A DNA stretch of 64,000 nucleotides. Source: Eubacteriales bacterium. Its GTDB lineage: Bacteria; Bacillota; Clostridia; Oscillospirales; CAG-272. Below are positions 37,201 through 43,223 of this stretch, in pieces. Both the position numbers and the translations under genes were made by a program. The stretch lies in contig JAZNPB010000140.1 of assembly GCA_045589435.1 (NCBI GenBank), forward strand, positions 1,428 through 65,427. The letters are read 5' to 3'. The notes under the pieces are model-generated. The model searched no databases and was not told the DNA's origin. It worked only from the letters and a program-made list of their open reading frames with translations. How positions within the stretch are numbered: position 1 is the stretch's first letter; every line of letters begins with the position of its first letter.

Positions 37201-40200
37201 CAACCTCAACGTCGGATATGCGACCGTCTGCAGGTCTACCTGCATCGTAATATTTTTCATCAGCACCGGCAATTCTGCTGTCGGCAACACGGCCGTCTGC
37301 ATCTCTGCCGTACTCATAATATCTTTCATCAGCACCGGCAATTCTGCTATCGGCAACACGACCGTCTGCATCTCTGCCGTACTCATAGTATTTCTCGTCG
37401 GCACCGGCAATTCTGCTGTCGACAATGCGACCTTCTGCATCTCTGCCTGCCTCAGGAGCGTTTTTATCAACACGTACGTACTGTGTTTCTACGAGCTTGC
37501 CCTTGATGCTTGGATCAGTGTCAAGAACCTTGGAGTCTACGGGAACGATCTTGGTTTCTACAAGATAGCCCTTATCTGTCTTATGGGCAGACTTATCCTT
37601 GGTATCACGAGATTCAGCAGCACTGCCTGTGTATCTGGAGTCACGAGTGCCATCACCGGCGTATTCGCCTGCAACGCCATCGGATTCACCATGTCTCTTT
37701 GCACCGTCAACATGGATGCCTTCTGTTATCTCGATTCTTCCGCCTGCTTTGGAATCCTTTTCAGCAGATTTCTCTGTTCTGTCTGCAGACTCTCTTGCAG
37801 CATCGGCAGATTCGTCGGAAACGAAAGTACCGTCAACGTATTCACCTGCAGATCTATCTCTTCTTGCGTCGGATTCAGATGCGCGACCAACAGAATCAGC
37901 TGCTTCTCTGCCATCGGCAGTTTCTCTGCCGTCAACAGACTCGCCTGCGTATTCTGTATCTTTCGCGGATCTTGCACCCCTAGATGCATCGTCTGCAGTG
38001 GATTTTCTTGCTTTTGCGGTTGTCTTTTCTTCTCCGTCAGCTGTGAAGTCGTCGAAGTTAGTAACAGGTCTTGGCTTTCTGGAGTCAGCAGCGTCGCCGG
38101 ACTTATGGATTACAGTACCGTCTTCGTCGGAAGCTGCACTCTTATCACCGGAAGTTTCGTAAACGCCTCCAAAGGCATCTTCGGACGCATTCTTATCTAC
38201 GACAACAGAAGCTACAGACTGATCTGCATCTTCGCCATCTGTGGAGGATGTATCTGCGATAGGCTCTCTTGCGGTAGCATCTTCGATATTGGAGAATGGC
38301 TCTTCGATAGGCTCCGCGAGGTCGCCAGCCTGAGCTGTACCCTTTGCAGCAGAACCATCCTTTGCAGCAACCATCTGGTCAAGCTCGGATGCAACAACAA
38401 CAAGCTCATCAGAATCTTCGGAAGCATCTCTGCTTCTAACGTGAGCGAATGGATCAAAGTTAGCAACGTCATCCTTGTGCGTGCGGCTACCCTGTCCCTC
38501 ACCGGGAAGAGGAAGAATGAAGGAAGCATCAAATGCGCCGCCCTTACCGTCAGCAACGTATGTGTTATCCTCTTCACCATCTGCACCTATACCAATTGCA
38601 GGACGTACAGCATCAGCGCCGGCACCCTCGTAAGGAGCATCTTTCCATCCGTCGATGGTAACAGCAGCACCTTCGCTCTCTACGATGCGCGCGTTAAGAG
38701 GACGAAGAACCTTTTCGTCGCGAAGGATTTCTTCCTTATTATTAATAGTAGCATGCTGATCCGAGACATCTGCACCACTGCCGATTTCGTAGCCGTATTC
38801 TGCGGTCTGACGGCCCTGTTCTCTGCTCTGGGAATCGATATTGTATCCATCTCTTGCAGAACCGGAAATAACGCCGGGCTCTCCGGTAACGATAGTACCT
38901 GCAGCTGCAGGGATCTTCTTGGCAGAATCTGCCTCTTCAACAACTCGCTCGGAAATATCGCGCTTCGTTTCGGGAGCGTCGATAATGAACGTTGAAGGCT
39001 GTGCAGACTGAGCTGCCTGAGCCTGATCAACATTGGACATTGCAGGGATAAACATACCCTGCTGATTGATATAGGATGCAGGGAAGCAGATCATAGGCTC
39101 CTGAGGCTGCTGTGCCTGAGGTGCTACTGCGTTACGATCGGTTTCCGTGATCTTGTATGTGGATGTGGAGAGGATCTCCTGAGTATTTGCTGCCTGGGAA
39201 TCACCAATAACAACTACCTGACCCTGTTCAACACCTGTAGGACCTACAACCATAGGAGCTGCAGTGCTTACCGCGCCTGCTACAGGAACTGTTCCAAGAT
39301 CGTCGATAACAACTATACCTGCATCCTGAGGCTGTGCAGTACGTGTTTCCTTACCGAGCTGAACTATCTTTTCAGTTCCGCCCTCTTCGGTAACGATTGG
39401 CTTATCAAGCTTTGTAATATCATCAGAATCGGTAAACGTACCCTCTACCATGCCTGCGCCGTATCTTACGAGAGGAGGAAGCTTGGTCTTTCTGTTTTCA
39501 GCAAGATCCTTCGCGTAAGTATTATAAGCGCGCGGAAGGGTCTGACCTACTCTCTTTTCAACTTCGCGAGCGAGGTCATTATATACCTTGATTTCTTTGT
39601 TGATTCTGGAGGACAGACGTCTTGCCTTTGCAGTATCGCCTGTTCTGATAGCGTCGGTATAAGTATCGCCAAGAATAGCAATAACCTCACGCTGGTGGTT
39701 AAGGGCTGAAACGAGATGCTCTGTCTTCTGACCGTACTCGGTATTCTCAGCATTGCGCATCTGATCCTTGAAGTCGCCCTTATTCTCCTTGATAAGACGC
39801 TTGCTTTCTTCAAGTTTCTGGCGAAGCTCACGCTTGCTTCTTCTGAGCTCACGCTTGCTGATCTTATACTTCTTGCCCTTCTTGCCCTTGCCTGCTCTGC
39901 CGCCTACTGCAGCAACGCCGTCTTCATCGTTATCGATCTGGCTGACGTAGGAAAGAGGTGACTTCTTATCGCCGTCCTTTTCATCCTCGTAAAGGTCTTT
40001 TTCAAGGATCTGAGGAAGCTTCTGAATTTCTTTTCCTGCAAGAACGTCGTCAGGAAGAGTCGCAGACGCTCTTGTAATCTTATTGAGAGAATATTTTTCA
40101 AGCTTCTTTGCATAGCCGTTATACTTGTTAACGTCACGCTGAAGCTCTCTCTTACGAGAATCTGTATTTCTGCCAAGAGCTTTTGTAGCTGCAAGGCTTT

Positions 40201-42220
40201 CGGCGTCAAACTCAAGGATACTTCTCTGGAACTCTGCACAGTTGGTAAGAGCGTCCATCTTTTCTTCCTTGGTCTTTGCCAACTTGTATTTTCTATCAGC
40301 TTCGGCAAGCTTCTTCTTAAGGCTTCTTACAACCTTATCGTTATCTCTGATCTTTTTCTTGAGTCCGCTCTCGCCAAGTCCCGCAAGACCGGAAAGAAGA
40401 CCAAGAGCGCCAAGACCAGCCGCCTCGCCGATAGGCATACCGAGTACCTTGCCATCTTCATCACCGTAATTGTTGGTGATATAGGTATAGTTGTCGCCTG
40501 TACCTGCATAACCGTCAGCGCCTACAAGACCTTCGCCTCTGCCCTGATAGTTGATGATAAGCTCGGAATCGGGAATTTCTTCGATAATTCTGTTTGCTGC
40601 ACCGCGGTTAAGAACCTTGGATGCAGAACCGTCCTGGGAGATGCCGGTAATAGCAGTATCGTCGCCAAGCTCAGAGAACTCGCCATCCTCGCTGGTGAAG
40701 AACTTCATGTCATCGCCAACTACAGGAATACCGTCTTCTGCAACAGCAAACGTGGGGCTATCACTTGGAACGGTAAGCTCGTGATCTGCATCAACGTCAA
40801 TACCGTCAGCCGTAGCCTCAGTAATGGAATAACCACCTTCTCCTACCGCATCACCGGCAGCAGAGAGAGGAGTTTCGTTTATAGAGTAACCGCCGCGTCC
40901 TTCTTTGTCAGCAGCGAGGGTTTCATCATCAGTAAAGTAGCGGCCTGCTTCATCAGCGTCGGGGGAAACGCCGTCTTTAGCATCGCCAACAAATATTGTT
41001 TCAAGTTCGGGAGCATATTCTTCCTCAGGGGTTTCGGAATCTTCTGCCATATCAGACGCAGGGGAAACGTCCAATGTACCTAACTGTTCAGCCTTTCTAC
41101 GACGAAGTTCGTCAATATTCTCACGGAGAAGCTCTGCATTTTCTTCAAGGAGCTTTGCAATTGCGTCATCAATGCCCTCACCGTTAATGTTAACGATAGG
41201 TGCAACGACAGCAGGAGCTGACTTCTTTGCAACCGGCTTTTTAGGTATAGCTCGAGCTTTTTTAGGAGTTCTAACGGCTTTCTTCGGTTTTTTCTTTCTC
41301 TTCTTCTTTCTGGGAGCTACGACAGCAGCAGGTGCCGCGGGTGCCGGAGCTTCGAAGGAAGGCATAGCCATAGGCTCGGGCATAGGAGCAGGCTCGGGTT
41401 CGGGCGCAGGAGCAGGTTTCTCGTCTTCTGGGATCTCACCGTAGGTAATATTATCTACCTCGTAGGTAAGGATCATGCTCTCGGGCTCTTCCTCGGGCTC
41501 TTCTTCAGGATGCTCGTAGTCATATGTAAATGACATTCCGTCATCGGTTTTTTCGTCTTCTTCACCGTCAAGATTGTCAGGATCAATGGAGAGAACCATA
41601 TCAACAGGCTCATCAGCAGCGGTTTCCTCAACTGGAGCTTCCTCTGCAACAGGCTCGTCAGCAGGAGTTTCCTCAACTGGAGTTTCCTCTGCAACAGGCT
41701 CGTCAGTAGCGGTTTCCTCAACAGGAATTTCATTTTTTGCTTCTTCCATAGCCTTCTTCTCTGCAAGGCTCTTTTCAACCTTTTCGAGGAGGGCTGCGGC
41801 GTTTTCAGCTCTGCGTTTTGCCTCTTCCTTTTCCTTTCTGATCTCTTCCTCGATCGCTTCCTTGATTGCTCTTTCGCGATCTTCCTTCTCCTTGGCGATA
41901 GCGGCTTCTTTCTCAGCCTTCTTACGTCTTTGAGCAGGTGTCATAGGACGCTCTTCTGCATCTTTCTTAAGCTTCTGTCTGTAATTGTCAGCATAAGCGA
42001 AAGAATCTTGCTTCTGCTTTCTCAAGCGAGCTACCTGCTCCTCGCGAGTTTCGCCAGGATCACTGTTTCCGTCATCACTCTGACGTGGTTTGGCATCAGC
42101 GCCCGCGATGTCGACGTTATTTTCCCCTACGTCAACCACGGAATCAGGCGCGTTAGTCTCCGCTACAGAAGCTTCATTCTCTAAAGCCTCGGCAGTCGGA
42201 TTTTTTCTTTTCTCTGCCAT
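22205..42220 (-). CDS. giant (6,671 aa) hyper-acidic, repeat-rich, C-terminally membrane-anchored protein of unknown function
   Basis: 20,016 nt with no stop. GGGGGAA lies 7 nt upstream of the ATG. There is no N-terminal hydrophobic signal. The only TM (FIAIAGLVALLGAGVLLAAYLVLG) is about 30 aa from the C-terminus, after an Arg/Lys-rich stretch. It has multiple protein-level repeat families. The opposite-strand ORFs are Cys/Phe/Leu/Ser-rich shadows. Confidence 0.85.
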   Translation of the reverse strand: MAEKRKNPTAEALENEASVAETNAPDSVVDVGENNVDIAGADAKPRQSDDGNSDPGETREEQVARLRKQKQDSFAYADNYRQKLKKDAEERPMTPAQRRKKAEKEAAIAKEKEDRERAIKEAIEEEIRKEKEEAKRRAENAAALLEKVEKSLAEKKAMEEAKNEIPVEETATDEPVAEETPVEETPADEPVAEEAPVEETAADEPVDMVLSIDPDNLDGEEDEKTDDGMSFTYDYEHPEEEPEEEPESMILTYEVDNITYGEIPEDEKPAPAPEPEPAPMPEPMAMPSFEAPAPAAPAAVVAPRKKKRKKKPKKAVRTPKKARAIPKKPVAKKSAPAVVAPIVNINGEGIDDAIAKLLEENAELLRENIDELRRRKAEQLGTLDVSPASDMAEDSETPEEEYAPELETIFVGDAKDGVSPDADEAGRYFTDDETLAADKEGRGGYSINETPLSAAGDAVGEGGYSITEATADGIDVDADHELTVPSDSPTFAVAEDGIPVVGDDMKFFTSEDGEFSELGDDTAITGISQDGSASKVLNRGAANRIIEEIPDSELIINYQGRGEGLVGADGYAGTGDNYTYITNNYGDEDGKVLGMPIGEAAGLGALGLLSGLAGLGESGLKKKIRDNDKVVRSLKKKLAEADRKYKLAKTKEEKMDALTNCAEFQRSILEFDAESLAATKALGRNTDSRKRELQRDVNKYNGYAKKLEKYSLNKITRASATLPDDVLAGKEIQKLPQILEKDLYEDEKDGDKKSPLSYVSQIDNDEDGVAAVGGRAGKGKKGKKYKISKRELRRSKRELRQKLEESKRLIKENKGDFKDQMRNAENTEYGQKTEHLVSALNHQREVIAILGDTYTDAIRTGDTAKARRLSSRINKEIKVYNDLAREVEKRVGQTLPRAYNTYAKDLAENRKTKLPPLVRYGAGMVEGTFTDSDDITKLDKPIVTEEGGTEKIVQLGKETRTAQPQDAGIVVIDDLGTVPVAGAVSTAAPMVVGPTGVEQGQVVVIGDSQAANTQEILSTSTYKITETDRNAVAPQAQQPQEPMICFPASYINQQGMFIPAMSNVDQAQAAQSAQPSTFIIDAPETKRDISERVVEEADSAKKIPAAAGTIVTGEPGVISGSARDGYNIDSQSREQGRQTAEYGYEIGSGADVSDQHATINNKEEILRDEKVLRPLNARIVESEGAAVTIDGWKDAPYEGAGADAVRPAIGIGADGEEDNTYVADGKGGAFDASFILPLPGEGQGSRTHKDDVANFDPFAHVRSRDASEDSDELVVVASELDQMVAAKDGSAAKGTAQAGDLAEPIEEPFSNIEDATAREPIADTSSTDGEDADQSVASVVVDKNASEDAFGGVYETSGDKSAASDEDGTVIHKSGDAADSRKPRPVTNFDDFTADGEEKTTAKARKSTADDASRGARSAKDTEYAGESVDGRETADGREAADSVGRASESDARRDRSAGEYVDGTFVSDESADAARESADRTEKSAEKDSKAGGRIEITEGIHVDGAKRHGESDGVAGEYAGDGTRDSRYTGSAAESRDTKDKSAHKTDKGYLVETKIVPVDSKVLDTDPSIKGKLVETQYVRVDKNAPEAGRDAEGRIVDSRIAGADEKYYEYGRDADGRVADSRIAGADERYYEYGRDADGRVADSRIAGADEKYYDAGRPADGRISDVEVAGADGKTYSSGRGAEGRLADAEIAGAEGRTYDAGRPVDGRIADSRIAGADEKYYDQGRPADGRIADVDVASADEKAYATKSSDHKDSSGESARYVRSEDRAAGADASAESGEKKISESEGRPQDSADKAADNRRRSSKDAVKGEKRQIATNIAEYTDSELVISGAKEAPVVETDISDDLAPWPGTASDDYDYHVARVRDVDADNKERSGKDSVADEHIKSTKAGAISESADAEKVYGSGKSDDKAAAKSDRGAEKTADGRKVVKTSADTDVEDEANIRPILSRIFEDIDSTKIINKVDVADDKKDGMDALVVASVASDDTRVGSGASESADKAKTSGVVESTDAARSVGDSTDTSEVVASAKEAAESARAAAESAREAAVSAREAAEYAKEAIKTAKEAAAAEHYARVDEEGRHVAADGSARPADEIITAEKSDATGATTYTLEKRDAKVVEAAEGVQRADADGAREVVTADGTEKVLSGEAEKEVVSADGTEKVISAEGADDVDSSEEGRDEKASKKSKASKKSKLRSKSKYEADEEEDPEVPGLRPSTPYIFEDFDSTKIIPGLETAKGGESDTEAVLFVDDRSDAVADDKEKSAAVSDDRQKSAADTDAADKTVDGAENATETEGAAGKARAEEDESKLRPLMNRIFEDVDAALIIAGKDSGDKSDADVVIAAVSADEKADDAEKSAADYAKEAAEYAREAARYAKEAVDLAKANAESPAGEAVAKADALAREAAGAAGVESDETVIIRSGAPIIHEDADVTIVITDGECVANGKVIESRSGDAVAISADGAALGAENAADAAGKVRVEEDESKLRPFMNRIFEDADATMIIPGTKAEEEKVEDSTLVAAVVADTKDGSAPADEKAVSEKTLETAEKTKESETEATAVAAEPEKAKAHTEEDESKLRPLMNRIFEDADAALVIPGTKTEEEKADDSAVVAAVVTDTNEGSAPADDKTAAEYAKEAAMYAKEIAEYIRAKEAGEKTAASTVAEPEKEKASAEEDESAIRPLMNRIFEDADAALVIPGTKDEADGSVAAVVADVEADDKSVAEYAKEAAMYAKEAAEYAKEAARKDGVAPATDAEKADAAESDTLIMPNIPYIFENVDATTRVDGKGESTADAAQGAGEGTAAADSVVYGGQGRSGMNVNDAVSSTSAPYAGMGVDSPINYGAREDDSVKGIVSEKSRSSAQPEEEAKAQPQVQVPLTCPVYDLLKSLEGKQLVVTDKVAPKSAESASEPGHVEVFDNVTVTPPEKAAETTEEAKAPAEEPKAAPKEETKPLDEGAKLSRDETGPVIGEPVAPAEEKAPAASEEAETPKPVFEDDSIISVVDDEEFEEVLSRVVADNDVVHSSMFESVEPVEPASASADYLNSTESTTETTEYTEFIPFIYPRIYEDADSVRIISGIPEDTTKEELHQAIAEYLAARGIDIGETGVTIEEIADYVTSCDTFKDTVVTEICSYLRPRTPIIFEDVDSAKVIPGVVLEMEYEDAASVEMITPIDGEASEESPETESALSESAPLADGEGSHTEVRFINNNVGTTEESIESETDYYSYMPRIIEDHDIKTVIKTELPEVIEESAPTELLAIEDVVVAQADTKIGDEFVAAEGHVAKSAVAQAETVETSETDNVIGHIAATNIAHADIKDAGDVDSVEGRIAETNIARAESRVLETKDTIKGKIIETQIARADVADLGEVADVKAKLAEVSVASADEVTLGDAGSAEARLAEVKIAHAESKVLETKDTIKGKIIETQIARADVADLGEVASVDAKLAGVEIARADAADLGDADHVESKLADADLASADEVTLGDAGSAEARLAEVNIARAESKVLETKDTIKGKIIETQIARADVADLGEVASVDGKLAAVDVARADEKAFDAVVVDGRLATVDIARAESRVLETNDGIKGKIIETQIARADEKVFDEITPVEGRLADVYVASADGKTYDAGETVIGQLAEVEIAHAGEKAADDRETTIPKLATFTLASADEKTVSDTDAAVGHVAEASIAKADGKTYDAGEAAIGQLAAVQIARADDKSYEAVPLAEGQIAEAHIARASAKNVEDSDTVLPKLAKFTLAEAEEKEAIEVESEAKPLTTIDPNANVIPIIINPDDENPINAYVVTDASLINKEAEPVVVEEEGHRHIVENFEEMKSVKVDLPPETTAEEFMGYILDVDDVVPGEKDDVDTIPMGEAEEVSEVVAEPAEETAPEGDEAGEVSVVEDAPVEETPVEETPAEEPAPEAEETPAPKHSMGYAIYETPVEKAKDAADDVVVCDAPEVTPTDKPEPVRVDDEPVEEAPAEETAAKEPENVIIRAHKPAYTIVEAYKDAPVEEDPTVITKKSGYKIVESVSDGASSEESKPGAQRMNVNDLINYSARDYKFDSHLYVTYSYAGTTAEEVEKDPIINVVNATVKHNSGVTTVEVNELRRVLHKYGDKENFKLIVFVDIPAKVKAFNMAFDKAALTKLCETLEANGDTRAAISYKALKGNDLGEFKIDRKLASAIRSVYNGYQKHKFSAKCDINVYGANTRSQVSDFKDTDGNGHIYIAIPYDNKFIKFCKDIVSNINNPRITDEIRAIAYANIVKSMLGKHMSSVDAAKSQDSIIDRITSEHIYLVPISHLSIFVFASLGKEIEEENDAYYLVYEDGRRELICEIPSSIKQEIREIVVPEAPEEAAAEESVSEADAAEEIVTVVEDEAPAAVEAKVSKKAKGNGGYVITEDFSRSVPATVAEVAEEVAEEVAEAEEVLAAPVSAEAVEPGEVDVSDESTGEGYEDVSVEPPVRAAGEETVAEESVEEAPATESAPDEPVSEYATLTSDHQVEADKSDRPEYGDTIVITEKAEDSAEEEVVEAVAEPEIEKVVEAATTEEAPADETPDSEETVTDEVEETHAEPIETITKGYILTEKPDEAKKIAGMGNGESYVIVEHADSALKLAGVAEAPSEEVVHDVTEDIKETEERAEGTSDVVEVVDIAAPETVESTSDTESAPDASEAPAEEAPAAVRKIVIDTQATKVIEGAAIKAPAAEGSYIITEEIREMAPQEAPTVEEAPEVVESTSEAEETVAVLDDEVSEVATEATETKVVSAPKAYGVYTITEEFRKPVSAPVAEEAVADEETVESVTEEAVEPQLMEVEFDGTIPEIIEESPVDEIAEEVVSEAAPEKVITIDTTATKVIEGKKHGSYMLIEDIRDIPAAAEPEAVAEVVDDVVYEGEEVVTVLADEPAAEKRDVVVDEASAKVIEKRETRVVEAPKANNAYTITEELRQTVESEAPADEIADDRRFVVDQAIDTEAHEAEEIVTEVTESPKAEGTYAITEEPGSAKTFEAAPLKGGYTLTVDPTKAKTIAGVAAVEEAPEASDEVLHVGEEIVTVVEDAPVEEATVEEAPVQKVVAVDEDATKIVTAKVPEKVSEVKTISAPKGNNVYSITEEIRVAPKASEPAAIEDEVLHTGDEIVTVVEDAPVAEAPKTAAGYTITEEPDSAKRFEAAPVTEIEKETYKISVDPAQAKKIEGRSELKYTVTSDENGKKIVSATPVEAEKPLTVYEITEADNQSLVIDAASDAEGKREILVLDDSTKTIEAAPSDEEKHEVFVLDEYTKTIPAGEEAHEVVIDEESTKVIEGGAQKTTKAKKGAYSIHEEKRESTWTAQRGEPGKILDEEDGFLTEADDVSVITPESVNAVHSEPVEEDSYAILTSDVEVAEKTEKSDYDSIGTIVVHEAKRVITEDKSSAKVIVERAATTEPEQTTVTKVEAPKANSKYTITEEIRKVSKPEAPAAVEDEILHVGEEIVTVVSDDEPTEEKATSKKAKKAVPEKVKKAAEKTKKAAPEKTAEGAFVITEEPDSAKKFAAEPVTEIDKGGYKLSIDPSKTKVIEARFELDYAVKSHEDSELIIPAVAMEDAPIEEKLVVAPKANGEYTITEKFRETPVKEDAVDEVLHTGEEIVTVLPDEVETVEEVSEAPETEPEKTYTGYILTEDSNKTKVISAAAAEEVVIEQVVPAEEVVETTEHSAAVVEEPTETVKATGYVLSEDSNKTVVIGGKAEPEASAEEAVSNMFTIDAPDHTGDEVVTVVDDVEEIADEPARVVSELKDSETIISATRVITAPKANNTYVLVETAPKVISAKEEESEAEPEVVYDNEIVTVLPDEPVAEKRGIVIDESRRKVIDARENPVEDSTEDVIDDEPIVIYHGPDIEPKAEVVAEEESAIAEETPVTSEISDDFKVLEAPKAKSYRLLESLNVRTIDEQPGEFEELTPIDPDAPFGDDEITVLAPDSDVAVEEPVDKSAAYTSYKILETPNPKAAEIEDEEEFEPIAIPDEEVVHGTKTKATKSAKNKNSYKITEEIPEVEEDEDREPEYVTVFGKKRKGKFNVAERHDKTHKVGAAEHKTFSDDKLLPYEEIDSAHIIDSDKYKMPEQPLVYEEIDSEYIIDKDKYKIPERPLVYEEIGSEMYIQVESGVKNKLKDNIIPYDGTEIVIRGDMPIVDVLIDPYKKGNMGVLAGRGMTRHLQESEKEINRLKFDRSYAKKKRDSYTSASDKVKAHIALINNQCLICENYIERINVCVYSKAMELARTNAEILAREIKCYNDYVKEYNKMTNSNIPLADKSIVKRVLAGEAYEHLTRITYTETNEALPEKDNKRRTKKEKKVRDKKHEGKKRDKKNEDTNDKPKKDEGKGKRRKKKDNRIHQENRYRADIKLLNRCDEEDLNDLSLIENRYKFEMALLESEREIMSYKFAKNSIHNYKRKAFIKRKLRALKKEKAKALKFESFDNKRYYRVLRTDTNLAPYGDNNTKKKRVNSIIYEVSDLLKKRDELNSKLNAIYSGPLGDVAGVSDSEKWRDIKVSAAKKHARKLKAKADALKRTVPGFGEGRAKKIHIFNSLLDSKVEALATIDLCKYRLRKERNSIAETSQIKRDMKEARRNNKLIDREIRRRKRAILNDYYGPDASHDFIAIAGLVALLGAGVLLAAYLVLGDELFTMIHGVYEKIYPMVKPYIDQIKSMLM

Positions 42221-42265
42221 GTTAAATTCCCCCTGTTTTACTTATATATTTTTATTAATAACACA

Positions 42266-43108
42266 TTAAAACTCCGATCCGCTGATCGCCGCACCGATTG
42301 CGGTAGCAAAGCCGGACCGTTCGGGTATTACGAAGTTAACTCCGTAACCCAAGGTATTAAATTCTCGGAATTTTCGTTTGCATTCTGCAAGGATGGTAAC
42401 GTTTCCTGTGAGGATTATGTCCTTCACCCCTCTGGATCTTGCAGCGAATATGGAAACCATTCCAACCACCTCGTATACCAGATTCATAATTCCAAGAGCG
42501 ATATCACTTTTCTCTGCCGAGGAGGAGAGATTTGCAAAATTCGAAGCCGTAAGGTTTCTGCTAAGTTCCTCTAGAGCATCTCCGCGAACCAGATCCTTGA
42601 TCCTGAGGTCGATCTTATCAAGATTGCCTCCGTCAGCGAGCTCTGCTATATCGGAGATATTGTCCGAATTGAGCAACAGCTTTGAGAGCCCCATCAGCGT
42701 TCCTCCGCCAACCCCTGTTCCACCCAGGTATTCGTAAGCTCCGTCAGGCATCGTATGTACTATTGCAGTACCGGTACCCATACTGACTACGAGAGCATTA
42801 TCAAACCCCGATAAGTACGAGCCGCCTTTTGCGATGCATTGGAACTCCTCTACCCTATGGCAGTCCAGACCATAAATACCGCCGCTTATGTGCGAAGCGC
42901 CAACCCCCGTGATCATCACCTTGGAAATGTCCGAGAGCGAAAGCCGATTTTCATCGGTGAATCTTCCGAAAGCTCCGTAGGTAGCGGTGAGCGGATCGTT
43001 TGCCGTGATAACCATGGGCTCTATCCATTGTTTTTCACCACCGTTTTCGCAGAAGCCAATTATTTTCGTAGTGCTTCCACCGACGTCTATGCCTATAATC
43101 GTTTTCAT
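42266..43108 (-). CDS. coaW: type II pantothenate kinase (Fumble/CoaW-type)
   Basis: IGIDVGGSTTKIIGF phosphate-1 motif and GGTGVGGGTLMGLSKLL, typical of type II PanK. Confidence 0.75.
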   Translation of the reverse strand: MKTIIGIDVGGSTTKIIGFCENGGEKQWIEPMVITANDPLTATYGAFGRFTDENRLSLSDISKVMITGVGASHISGGIYGLDCHRVEEFQCIAKGGSYLSGFDNALVVSMGTGTAIVHTMPDGAYEYLGGTGVGGGTLMGLSKLLLNSDNISDIAELADGGNLDKIDLRIKDLVRGDALEELSRNLTASNFANLSSSAEKSDIALGIMNLVYEVVGMVSIFAARSRGVKDIILTGNVTILAECKRKFREFNTLGYGVNFVIPERSGFATAIGAAISGSEF

Positions 43109-43194
43109 GCGAGTACCTTCCTTTCGTAGTTTTCGTGAATCCAGCGCTTATAATATATATAATATTTTGCGCCCATATGCAAATATACAAAAAT

Positions 43195-43223
43195 ATTATA
43201 CCACATATTTCTTTAATGTGCAA
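43195..43223 (-). promoter_or_regulatory. sigma-70 type promoter upstream of coaW (candidate operon promoter)
   Basis: Minus strand: TTGCAC, 17 nt spacer, TATAAT with an extended -10 TG. Confidence 0.55.

Noticed and set aside
24647-38995. Very long plus-strand ORFs inside the giant gene. Examples are 24647-27664 (1005 aa), 29345-33001 (1218 aa), 33473-34831, 36950-38995 and many shorter ones.
   Set aside because: Their translations are Cys/Phe/Leu/Ser/Asn-rich nonsense, with no RBS and no motifs. They are antisense shadows of a sense strand that is purine-rich (GAA/GAT/GCA...). That strand rarely uses TTA/CTA/TCA codons, so the complementary frame lacks stops. The minus-strand ORF is uninterrupted for 20 kb, has an SD, TM logic and coherent repeat families, and is co-oriented with its neighbours.
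22205-42220. The giant protein as a secreted adhesin, S-layer or Ebh-like surface protein.
   Set aside because: There is no N-terminal signal peptide, YSIRK, LPXTG, SLH or Ig-like/FIVAR-type folded repeats. The single TM is at the extreme C-terminus with basic residues on its N-terminal side, which argues for a cytoplasmic bulk. This still needs formal predictors.
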